Below are positions 1 through 13,200 of a stretch of 64,000 bases of DNA, in pieces; the stretch's first letter is position 1, and the number at the start of each line of letters is the position of its first letter. The translations under genes were made by a program, and so were the position numbers. This stretch comes from Paragordius varius (taxonomy: Eukaryota > Animalia > Nematomorpha): positions 15,166,784 to 15,230,783 of the forward strand of contig OZ176050.1 in NCBI GenBank assembly GCA_964247055.1, in the 5' to 3' direction. The notes under the pieces are model-generated. The model worked only from the letters and a program-made list of their open reading frames with translations, ran no database searches and was not told the origin of the DNA.

Positions 1-214
1 AAAATTGTCTCAAAGACACGATTTTTGTGGGCTTCTGTTTAAAAAAACCCGTTTTTCACACGGGGTGGGCCCGAACTGGGGGCCTATTTCAAAAAAGGGC
101 GAAGCTATTGTCGGGGCATTCATTAATGATTATATTTTTTCGATGTTTGGATTTAAATGGGTTTACCGGTTTCCCTGTACCAGATCACAAAGCCAGCATT
201 TTCCATTTTTATAA

Positions 215-1135
215 ATATATAGATGAATGTTGTATTTATCTTATAAGTGTTTCGCCCAACTTTCAGCCGTATTAAAAAAACATTGTCTTTTAAAAACCAT
301 CATCAAGCTATTTTTTAACGTCATCCAATATTGAAGTGCTGGTTTGCGAGAATGTGCCCCAGCGATGCGGCCAGGGTCAGCGGGTGCGAAAGAATTTAAG
401 CGATAGCAGTGCTTTACTGGTTTTGCTTTGTAGAGGTATCAGGTCATGTAGCAAAATTACTTTGCGCCGATTTCGATCGTTTTTCGGTTAATTATTGATT
501 AAAATTAATCATTAGAATAAAGTATTAACGGTTTCACCGGGTTTCTTGTACTATATTGGTCCCAGACACTGAGAGCATGCACTTTTAGCCGAAGCGATTT
601 GGCAGTATTGATGGACCTGGTCATGTAAATACCACGATTCGGGCTTTGATTCGCAAAATAGAGCCATTTTTCATCACACGTCACATTTCAATGCAATGAT
701 TTTGCTTTCATGACTTTCACAAATCTTGCGATACTATATTGATTCAAATTGTATGGGATCCATTCTAAATTTATTGGTATTTTCACATTGCTTGTAAACA
801 TCTCATTATTTCTTATTCTATAAAAGTTCATCATCCAATAGCTCTTGCTTTTTAGCGTCTTCGCAGTTTTCACATGTAATCATATCTTTTATCATTTCAA
901 AACCATTCACGTAGGTTGATCGATGGAGCATGTTCATCATTATGTTTCAGCCAGCAAATTAAAATTTTCAACGGCCTTTTTCTTCTGATGGCAATGCGTG
1001 CTTAGACACAATATTGGTCATGATAGAATGATAAAAAGAAGTCGTTAGTTGAGAGAATTATGGTTTTAAATGTTAAATGATCAAAATCGGTCATGTATCG
1101 AGTGATCGTCTGCGTACTTTTCACTAAAGTCTTCT
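215..1135 (-). mobile_element. Decayed mariner (Mos1-like) transposase remnant in the last visible intron of the aminopeptidase
   Basis: Minus-strand fragments give mariner motifs in the right order: LLAET..EHAPS..REWF (HTH region), WIPYNL (WVPHEL motif, ~755-772), LH*NVTCDEKWLYFAN (first catalytic D), PGETVN, RKVILLHD (second D), then HP..ASLGHILANQHF with the YSPDLAPSD segment deleted. Multiple stops and frameshifts. TIRs not resolved, so boundaries are approximate. Confidence 0.85.
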
Positions 1136-1260
1136 TTTAGTTAAATCGACAATACCTTAAGGCTACATATTGTATAAAATTACCACATTTTAAGTTTTGA
1201 CGACCCTTGTAAAACTTAAATTTTGCCTCCTTAAAATGATTTACTGCATTAATAAATAAC

Positions 1261-4200
1261 CTTTCCATCAAAGTGCTATTGTTAGTTGTTGCTAGGGCCG
1301 ACAAAAGCGCTCTCTTTTCAAAGGGAACCAAACTTATTTTATAGAGAGCCCAAGCATCATTCCAGTCTTTTGTGTCACCATACTCAATTCCAGCCTTTAC
1401 TATTGCTCCAAACAATTCAGGGTAAGGCTATAACGATTTTGGAGTTAGTTTTATTTTAATATGATAGGTTGTTTATTAAAAAAATAATTTAGTAAAAAAA
1501 CTTAAAAAGTATAAGACTGTCTGCTAAGTCGAAAATATTGAGCCGGAATTTACGCTTTTATGATTTGGAATCGTAATATTGGTTTGTGTTATAAATTGGT
1601 TGTTTATTAAATTTTATACCTCAACTTAAGCTTTATAGAAGTTATGGCTCTTCCTTTAATAAAAATATGGACTTTTAATTTTATGACTAGTTGTACCGGT
1701 TATTCAATAATTATAATATTTTTGTGCATATTGGATAGGGAGGAATTTTTTTACATCTAATATTTTTTATCAACTATGCTAGCAAACATTTTAGTTTTTT
1801 GGTAATTGTAGAAAAACGCAACAAGGGGTTTATATTGATTGGCAGAATAATATAGAAGGGATCAAGAATCAAATAAACTATTATTACATTATAACTATTA
1901 ATATAAAAAAAGTATTTCTTAGCCCTCCCTTGACTGGAAATCATGAAAGATGAAAAAATTTTAAACCAGAATCATGATCGTTTTTTTAGAATGTTGTGAA
2001 GAAGCTTTTTACTATACGGTCTCGGAAGCCGGTTTAAATTTTTTAATTCCATTAAATTAATATTTGCAGTTATACACAATCATATTATATATTTAGGTAA
2101 CATTCTTTTAACAAGTACAGTGAAAATTGGAATTATACGGACAAAATGTTAAACTAAAGACAAATATTCTTTTCTAAAAGACAACCATACTCTTCAAATC
2201 TTGATTTTTTTAAATATAACTCATTTTTTCAATTGAAAAGTACATAATACTGTACATGGGTAACATAATTACAATTAAATGATAATAGGATAAATTAGGG
2301 TTTTAAATAGTTGATGTTGTCTTTTGAACAAAAATATTTGTCTTTATATTTTTACGTTTTGTCCGTATAATTTCAATTTTTAATGTACAAGATATAAATA
2401 TGGGGTTGTTTAGATAATTGGTCTTTATATTTTACGTTTTGTCCGCATAATTTCAATTTCTACTGTAAATGGCCTTAGTTACGGTTCAATTATCACTAAA
2501 CAAGCACTACACCTAATTGAATTAGAAAATAGTAGGACAAAATCTTGTTTGGAGTTGACTAATCCATTGTTTTTTACTATTATCTGACGACTTCATTATT
2601 TTAAAACGAAATATTTAATAAAGCGTTTATAAACGGTCGTAAGATCAAATACCTATCATTTTTTATGGTTTGATTACTAGAGCTAAAACTCAATAATTGT
2701 ATTTTATTACGATTTAATTCGTTTGTTATATTAATTCAATGTTGTTGAATAAAATACCGTGGTTCGATTTGCAGAGGTGTAATTATCCATCCAATTTCTA
2801 AATAAAGATCTGCATTTTGTGATTGTTGGTTCATGGCCTAACACCACCGCCATTTCAATAGTTTTGGCTTGTAAAGTCCTATAATATATTAATTAAACCG
2901 CATACTATAATCTGAAAAAATGCCTGTAGTAGTTACTGCATCATAGCAATTAGTTTATGATATGATTAAAACTCAATTTTCTTCTAGCTTATAAATAGGT
3001 ATCTAAGAATTAAATATATAATGAAAAAAGTTTCCAAATAATTTTTTTCTATATTGCTTAATAACCAATGCTGGGGTGAAGGTTGTAAGGGATTTTCTAT
3101 TACATTTACAACCAAATATTTCACAACCCCAATTGCATTAGCTATATCAAAAATGAACAAGTTCAATGTTCATAAATTATTAAAAGGATCACTCTCAGAG
3201 CTAATATTTAAAAACCTATATTTCAATTACGTTTTTCCCTATTAATAATTTATATATTATAGCACCATTTGAATACCTAACCTCATGTTTTGCCCAAATA
3301 AAAAAATGTTAATTTACAAATCTGCGTGTGAGACTTCTTCCGCACTTTTCCAGGGATTAAAGCGTTCTAACAGTTTGTCAAGTAATAAACGATTGATAAA
3401 TGATCGCATAAGTTCCGCAAACAGCGTCGAATTATTATAATGTCGAAACTGATTATAAAAGTCCTTGATTGATTCCAAAACCTCTAATAGAGGTAAAGTG
3501 CCATTCTCGTTCAAATCTAAAAAACATAAAAAACCTTATGAAACATTGTATAATAGTCAATTTTAATTTCATAACCTACTACGTTATCGGGATAAAGTGC
3601 TTCATGATTGTGGTATGTCCAAAAAGATTATCCTCATATAGAAAAATCATCAAAAAATATTTCTAACTCTCAATTAATACTTTTCAGAAATTATAAAAAT
3701 TTAATTTGGTCATCCAAGGTTAAATCCATTTATGTTTAACGTTTATGTCTCACCTTTAAAGGAAAAAGGATTCTCTGGGTTTTATAAAAGATTACATTAA
3801 AACTAAACGTAAATAACATCAACTAAATTTATTAAACCTCATTTTATATATTTACACCTTAAATCATTTAAGTTAGCGAAAAAAAATCATGTAAAAATAT
3901 TTTTCACTATTAAAATTATAGTTATTTGGTGTTTATGTTTGGTCAATTATTTTTACTGTATAAAGTTTATCAAAAAGAGTCAAAAAATAAATAAAATATA
4001 TTTTTTAAGGTAGATATATTATTTTTTTAAAGGACCTGTGTCATTCGTATCGAAAGCATTAGGATTAACGTACAACAGAAATTCCAAGAAATTAACATAT
4101 GGTTCATATCCAAATCTGACAATATAAAGGAAACATTAAATATGTAAACCAAATTTATAATGTAGTAATATGTTATTATTCTTTGGCGGACAAAAAACCT

Positions 4201-7200
4201 GCATATTTCCATGACTGAAAATTAATAAAAAATATATGGGAAACGATTAGTTAATAATAATTATATATATTTGTGCTTGTTAGCACTCATCAAAAAGATA
4301 AGAGTGGCTTTCACAAATCCTTAAATACCTAACTTCTTACCATATGATATTTTTAATAAAATTAAAAATTAGATAAAACTAAAGTTAAGCCAATTTTTTA
4401 AACTTTTTTAGCGGTGTATGAATTAGTTTAACAATTACAGGAAAATTCACATTTTAGAGTTAATTCAACTAGGCATTCTTAGCAATAAGGTATTCCAATT
4501 AAAATAATGTAAATAACTTTGCTAGAATCCTCATATTGTAGATAAGTTGAGTCCTTTCCGTATCCGTTATAACTGAAGCGTTGGTTTTAAGTACATTAAG
4601 TAGGGCAGAATATATTTGAGGACCATATCTAACAAGGTAAAATCCTGAATAGTTTAGATTAGCTTTGACCCAAACATGTTGGTTCGTTTCGAATGTTTTA
4701 AGAGTTGTTTTATGCGAAATATTTTGTTTATGCATCCAAACCACCTATAATTATATATAATAAAGTTGAACTAAAATTTTGGCACATATTTATTGATTTT
4801 CATCGATGTTGCTAATATAAAGGGCTGTTTATTTAATATCTATCCATTCATATTGAGCCAAAATTTGCAAATAATATTTATATTATTGTATAATTATTGA
4901 TCAAGTATTATGCTAATACATTGATTTTTTCCGATTATAACTATATATGGAAATTAGTAAAAAAATTTATTACATTGACAATTTTTTATCCTTATATTTT
5001 TTTAGGTCACAACGGTCATATTAAGCTAGGTATGATATCCTGAGGAAAAATTTACCCCCGATTGCACACTGTGTAATATATAATAACAACAACTAGCTTC
5101 TTACATATAGTAACCAATAAAAACTTTAATATGAAGTTGCCGACTCAAGTTTTAAAAAAATTCATATATTTAATATGATAATCCATACAAACCTTTGTTG
5201 AATAATAGAAAAAATTATTAATTATGCATATTAACTATATAATTAAGCCTTCATATAAAAAAATATTTTTAAAACTCATGCAAATTAATCTATAAATTAT
5301 GGGTTTCTAAACATATGGCTTCGTTATGAATTTTAGGTTTTAACGATCCGAAAAACCCTATATAAGGTTAACAAACATTTATTGGATTTTAAACAGATGA
5401 GTTAAAAACTACAATTTATAGCGATTTTCGCTACTTCATTGCCAAAATTCGGGAAGATTTATTAAAAATTGGTTTAATAATAATAATGTTACTATAATTC
5501 TTCCCTATATTGATGTCTGTCGAGTGTTGGACACCTCAGGTTCAATTAAAAAATAGGTGGATATTTAAAACATCAAAATAAAGCACATCATTTTCAATAA
5601 AAACCAATGTATGGAATCGACAGTGTAATGCTATCATATCTGAAAATAAACGCAATATTATTATCTTTGTTAATAACCGTTATTACAAAACCTATATTAC
5701 AACTCCGTTCATATAAAAAATTTTACGTTGCGGAAAAACCTGTTTTTTGAATCCTACTAAATAAACATTTATCACTCAGCCATTTTTTTTATATTTTCAC
5801 ATCTGGTCTGTAAAAATTTTAAACTTGGATTTGACCGTTTATGAATTGTTAAAATGTGTAATCATACTTTATTGTTATTGTCAAAAGTGGATTTTTGATT
5901 TCCGATTTTCATAGTAAGAGGTATATTCCAGCGACTGTTAAGTTCATCCCTGCTTGTTGCATTCAAAAATTGGTTGGAAAACTTATTTTGATATATAGAA
6001 AAAAAATATTGCGACATAGTAATGTTATGGCTTTCATTTTGTGGTATAGTAAAATTGACATTGATAGGATCCATTATGGTAACCAAAGGAAACCCTTTCT
6101 GTATATATAAAAGGGTTAATAAGACATAGAATTGCTCATAAATATATAATTAATTAATATATATATATATATATATATATATGGATCTTTGTTTGGCAAT
6201 TTATTATTGGAGGAATATATTTTTTTACAATGTGTATGTAGTTTTGGAAATTGCATTCGTTATAATTGCATTACCTAAATATAAAAATTATAGTCAAATC
6301 ACATGCAAGCTTTGATCATTTCATAACATAGACCTGCGATAAACAAGTTTTAAAATATTTTTCGAAACAATTCAATTTTAAGAGAATTCTAAAACTTATA
6401 AACTCAAATATATTCATAACTATCTTATTAGGTTTTTCATTAGAAAGTATGAAAAATCATTCTTGTGAAACTTTTTTTTACACGTGGTGTGTAATAAGAA
6501 TTATTCCCCATATTTTCACTTTGAATGAGAACCATAAATTGGATGCTAAGGTTACGAAAACAGAATTAAAAGTTTGAGGTCATTCACTCCATCATACACC
6601 AAACAAAATTTTTGCGTTCATGCGATATACTTAAATTGTATTTTTCGGTAAAGAAATATGTGACTCAAAAAATATAGATAAATTGGTTAAATTTTTTTAA
6701 ACACTTTAATGCGTTAAAATTGATGCACTTCAAACCGAAAAGGAATCAGCCCTATCCGAAATTAAACTTTTGAAAGCTAAATTGGTAAGCGCTCCATCCC
6801 GGCCGATCACCCAAAAATAATGGGCACATCGATTATAATGGTACATATTTTTGTTTTATTACTTTAAAATTATTTTTATTTATCATTTTTAAAACTATTA
6901 TAAGAAAAGTTTAGGTATGTAAAATATGTTACACAGTAAAAATGCATATTATAGAGACAAAAGGTAAGCATGTAATGCAAATATTTTTTTGAAAATGACT
7001 GTTTTACTTTTTAAACTTGTTTTTTTTTAAATTTATAACCCATTTCAATTGAAAGTATAAAATGGAGATAAAAATTTGTAAACAATCAATCATATGTTTA
7101 ATAATTTTAATTAATCAGTTATAAAGGTGAAAATAAGGTTGAGTAAACGATGGTTGCCGTTAAAAAAATTTTGTTTTAATGTTTTGTCTATAATTTTAAT

Positions 7201-10200
7201 TTTTCCCTATAAACTTAGTCAAAATAAATGCAAATGATATGAAAAATATTAACATAAATATTATATTTTATATAACATATGTCCACCGTTTTAAAGGTCT
7301 GTAATAGAATTAATGAGTATTTCAATGATCTGCCTTTAAACTCCTAAATTTTTGTAAGGGAAAGTTAGAATATATCTTATGTAAATTGCTAACCACCAGA
7401 AATTTGATTATTAAGTGTGTTTTTATTATTAAAAGACTATAATTTTCATTATTTAAGAAACAAACTTGTTTAATCCATCCCTTCATGATAGTTTCAATCG
7501 AAGGCATCAATTCTTTATCCATTGAGTAATTCCCTGCTTACCATATATTACAATAAAATAAAAAAGTATGAAATCTGTAAAGTAAATGATTAGTTTATTT
7601 TTAATTAGGCCGTTAATAGGGCCTCCTACCTTAGTAACCTTAAATGACTCTATTCTCGAAAACCATAATTAAATATATAAAAAATTCTGGTTTTAATAAT
7701 AATCCCACTATTTTACCTTTTATGGGGCTCAATTATATTTTACTATACATATTCAAAGCCTATCATTTCGAATGTTATTGTAAAATTATTGCATATTTTT
7801 ACCAAAATTTCCATAGGATTCTTGTAAAACTTTCCATAAATCATTCCCACATGCATTCTCATAGGCATACTTGGACAAAAAAGCTTTTATACCTAAAGCA
7901 TTTAAAAGTTGTGTTTATAAAAATACGATTTTGCAGTTAATTAAAATTTAAGGCGCAGAATCAAAAATTCACAGAAATATGCTTATTAAAAAACCATACA
8001 ACAAAATGATGTCAATATTATCATAATCCGTTATATTTAATATGGTAAAATATGGGGAAACCTGATTCTAAAGTCCATATATAACCCTTATTATATGGTC
8101 CATAAAAAAATTTGGGTAAATGATAGACTGTCGGGTTTTAGTTAGGGTAAAAGTTTTACATTTAGGCTTTTCAGGTCCTGAAACCTATATTAATTGTATT
8201 TATGATACAATGTTATTTAAAATATAAAAGGAATATCAAGAGTAAACCTTTTCTAAAAACAGCGTGTGGAACTATGGGCCCATCAAGCATACGAATCAAT
8301 AGCGCTGCTTTGTTGTAAGATATAAGATCATAGGAAGATTGAATATCCGATGGTTTTACTACCAAACCATTACTCACTGGTCGTGAATTCGATAAAACAT
8401 CCAAAAGAATGACTTTAGTACTCAACAACGATATAAATCGGTCAAATACATCTAAAATAATTAAAGCCATTTCAAACAAATATGTAAAATTCGTGAATAT
8501 TCATTGGCATTTTACACATTATATTAAGTCACCGGACAATTTTAAAATTATATAAATTTTATCCTGGAAATCATTTGAAAGGATTAGATATTATTTTGAC
8601 TCTAATAACGGTTGCCCTTCCCGAGCTTCTTAGCCAACTATAATTGGTCCGAAAAATCAAATTGTTTGTTATACACAATCTTATCCGTATTTGTTTATGT
8701 GTAACTAATGGGTCCCACATTACAGTGCACGATTTAGGGGGTTATTTTGAGATGATAATATGTATTTCGATAAAATATAATAAGATTTTTTGGTGCTTTT
8801 GATTTTGGGGCTTGCAAGTGATTAGTCAAAGATTCTTCCACTTTTATGGTGATTCCATATCGAAAAGTCGCAAAATTAGCGGACATTATAGCAAATAAAT
8901 TATTTTGGCATGCTTCATTCCAAAAAATATTATATTATATCATAAAAAGCAAAATATTTTTTAATAAAATTATTGACTTAGGCTCTAAAAGTTGAAATTT
9001 TTTAACACCTTTAAAACGGGCTGTTTTCTTAAAATTAACTCCAAACTACCAAGATTGTGCTAATTTTTTTTAGATATATGTTGAATTTAATATCTAAAAA
9101 AGATTTATTTTAAAAAATCTATACTTTTCTTCAAAATTCAAATTTGAAAAGATTTTTAAGCATACCTCATTGCATTTTGAGGCCTGATGGAGACTTTTAG
9201 AAAGATGCTATGATTCAAAATTTTTTACAACCTTTGTTTTTCTTCAATTTTAAATTTAATGTAAAATGTTTATTCTCACTGCTGGTCGATCGAATGTTAT
9301 AATCAAAATTCTGAAATAACATGTTTAAAGTTAAAATTATGTAAAAGTGTTTTTATAACCCTTTTTATGCTGCGAAATACCGAAAACGGTTTATAAAAAT
9401 AATTATAATTTTTTTTGATTTCGTAATTAAGGCGTATATAAAAGTTGTTTTCTCGCATCAGCATTTTATTTTAGAAGATTATCTTATTTGAAGGGTCCAA
9501 ACATTTGCAAATTTCGGAGCCTACGTCCAAAATTTATGGAAATATTGTTTTATTTATATATAGTTCATAAATCTAATAATATGTGTTTAAATTTAATCAT
9601 TTAGCTTTTACCAGATAAATTCTCTTAAATATATAAGAAATTGCGATTTTTTCTTATGGAGATATCGACACAAAAGTAATTTTAGATTTTAATTTTTTGT
9701 CCATCAAAAAAAACGACTTTCGTGTTTTGCATGTAAAATTAATAGCATTCCTGAAATAAAAAATAAAATGTAATTTGGGGCCCAAATGGCGCATTGCTAT
9801 TCATAACTTCCTAGAAAAGAAATTTTATTTTTTTTGGCTTTTTCTCCAAGATTTTGCAAAATTATCAAATAGCCTATAATATTCAAGTGATCAATTTTGA
9901 TTCTAAAACAAACGTTTTTTTAATTAATAATATAATAAATAATAAAAATGATACTCCATTGGGGAAAGAGTGCATGAGCACAAATGATGGCCATGTAGTT
10001 TGCGAAACCTTCCTTGAGCCACAAATCATCCCACCACCTCATGGTCACTAAATTACCGAACCACTATAAATGCGCGTAAAAAGTTTGTTAAATCTGTAAT
10101 TACAAAAATGAAGGTGGCGGTCTTTTTGGACAGAAAAAATGTTCAGCCCTTAGGGGTTAACTTAAATTTTTTTTGAGGAATCTTTTAAAATTTTTAAATC

Positions 10201-13200
10201 TAAAAATTGAAATGTCTTTAAGTTTGAAAACGAATAACTCCATAAAATAATAAAAAACTACTTTTATAATGAATGTGCCAATCGGGTAAATCCAACCTCC
10301 AAATTAAGCGCAAAAAATGGTTTGAATTAAATTTGGGTTATAATCTTATGAAAAGAGTTTAGGGCCTTTTTGAATTAATCCTTGACTAGAACCACGCCCC
10401 ATATATAATTATGATTTATGAAAATGTGTATACCAATATAAATTGTTATAAATATGTATAAATATATTATCATAGCCGGTCACTTTGAGGTAAGCTTGTG
10501 TATCTACACATATTTTAATTTTCAACACAAAATAACTTCCAGTATATTTCCGGAAGACGCGTAAACAATATTATGATCTTTCTTAAAATAACTTATAATG
10601 ATGACCGCTTTTTATGAATTGGGGGTCGGTATTACCATCAAAGGCTTCCTGTGGAAACGTGTGTAACCAGCCCTCTTTAAATTATTTTAACATATTTCTT
10701 TAGGAGTGAGGTGATTCTAAACACGTATTGGTTAAGGGGTCTGATTTTTATAATTGGACTTTATCAGGGCTGTCCAGCACGATGGCTAAGTCAGTGGTCC
10801 GAAAAGGGGACAAAAAATTGGTGACCATTAGTTTAAAAATAAAAATCTAGTTTGTTTTCAAAGTCGCAAGTAAAAAGGTGAGATTGTAATAAAGTCAACC
10901 ATATTTCTAGAATTTTATTTTTTTATCGATATTATAGGTTAAATACATTTAGAATCAGTTGTCGCATATTTAGTTAATAGTAATATAGGCTTATATAAAA
11001 TGCTAAACATAATTGATTTTAGTGATAAGTTTTTTTAATAAAAGCTTTTACATCTTAAAACCTATAAATTCAAACATTATTTTAGAATATATGATTAACT
11101 TGATGCGCCATTTCATGACCAATGATGAGAGCGACAAACTCTTTTTGAAATTCAGAGTTGACATTTGATTTATAAAGCAATCCAATCATCCGAAAAGTTA
11201 CTAAACCCCAGTTTTCCGTACCACCGCTATAAAAATCGGGTATCGCTACAAAATCTAATAGATAAAGTAAAAAAAAACTTTTCATGTAAATTAAAGAAAT
11301 TAATAAGTATGATAATGTATTATTACAAATGTGCACATTGAAGCAAAAAAGCGACTCGTTTAATATTAGCTTGGAAATAAAATTGGTATTATGCCATTTA
11401 TATCAGAGTGACATAGAATTTTTTAATTTTTATAAGCAATTTTCAACTGGATTCATAAGTATCAAGTGTTATTTCTAGTATAAAAGGTTAAATCATTGTA
11501 ATAGTTTGAATAAATATCGCCTAAATAGCGCAAAATATATTATTTTGGGAAAAGCTAATGTTTCAACTATAATATTTCACCAGGATACAAAATAAATTTC
11601 AACTAATATAACTATATCATTATTTGGTATATATACCCCTCTAAACCTCTAGAATACTTTCAATATTTTTTAATAGTGTATTTATTTTTGGGGTGATATA
11701 TTTTGGATTAGATCTAAATATGATTGTGCCAAATTAAAGATGCATCTTTTTAGCCGCATTCCTCCAAAGATATCTCAAAACTGTAAAAATCGTCTCAAAT
11801 TTTTTTTTATTTGTTAAAATAGCTAAAAACTTATATTAAAAAAAATAAATAATCATAAACATATAATGATGTTGCACTTGCCAACATATATTATTATCAG
11901 TCTTGTATTTGAATTTTAGAGCATCATAGAATTGTAGAAATTCCAAAATGTAAGAATTTTTGTTCATTAAACAGTAAACGTAAAAAATATATTCATGATA
12001 GATAATTGTAACAGACTTCATATAGTGCTTTTGGTCTTGGCCTTACGAGTAAAATAAGAAAGTTATTACCATTTTGTTGCAATTGCTCCATATCAAAAAA
12101 AGGCGAAAAAGCCTATTTTGCCATAAAAAGGTTTAGGTGAAAGCTAAATGCTTTCCATAAAATATTATTATTATTATAATAAATATTTCTAATGTAAAAC
12201 GATACTTTTATAAAATATCTTTCTTTAAAAGTATAACAATTTCAGAACCGTTCAAAAGGGGTTATTTTTTTAATATAAACGTAAAAAAGCCGAAATTTTG
12301 AGATAATTTTTTTTAATATACAATAGATTATGAAAATGAGAAAGCTAGAAATATCTTTTAAACTAAAATTTGCCTGGAAGATCATTTATCCATGATATTG
12401 AAGTACAAAACAGTGCAAATGTATATATGGCATATAATACGATATATTTTTTTCGTATTGAAAATTAACACCTTTTTACGTTTTATACTATGGTTAGGTG
12501 GGGGATTTAATTTTTAATTTTTTCCCTAAAAATGTGTATCCATATTTAATTGACACACACACGCACAATTAACAAATTGCTTTATAAATAATTTAATTTT
12601 AATTTTCTTCTTTGTGTATTAAAATATTAGTAAACGGTTTTTTAATTCTCATAAAAGAGAGTATAAATTCGTAGTATCCTTTAACACTGCGTCAAAATCA
12701 TGGAGTATACAAAATTTCCTGATAAATTATATATATGTATCAGGATTATCAAGTCTTGTTTTTAAGAAAAATATTTCCACTTTTGTAGTAAGTGCTTCCT
12801 ATCAAAAAACGGCCAATTTTGCGATTTTCTTATCATTTTTTTGGTAAAACCAAATGCTTAATCCAAAAAATATATTAGATGTGGAAATTTTTTCGCTTAA
12901 AATGGCCAAGTTGTCTTAAAAAACAGAAATGCCGAGATTGCGCAATAAAAGTTTAATATATGTATATCCTAAAATTTAATATTTAAAAAATTGCATGCTT
13001 TTTTGAAAATATTTTTTTAGCTAACTTTTGATGAAACTTCATACTATTTTCAAGCATGATATAAAAGGTATAAGAAACGCTTTAGGATAATAAAAAACAC
13101 TTTTTATATATAAATCGATGAGACTCAACCTTTCTATAAGTTCAGAATTTTAATTTAAAAGTTTGTTTGCTTTCAAATTTCGGTAAATTTTCGTAAGAAA

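Noticed and set aside
2984-3245. Overlapping ORFs in an aminopeptidase intron
   Set aside because: Not phase-compatible with the flanking exons; exon 2878-2758 supplies the expected sequence.
4199-4214. 16-nt AG/GT-flanked micro-exon candidate (HGNMQ) in the aminopeptidase
   Set aside because: Including it breaks the phase-2 junction between exons 4744-4518 and 4115-4036, which join well without it.
11836-12021. ORF between aminopeptidase exons
   Set aside because: The expected exon ([10 protein letters not shown]) is at 13481-13361. This stretch instead resembles a dispersed repeat also seen near 38550-38600.
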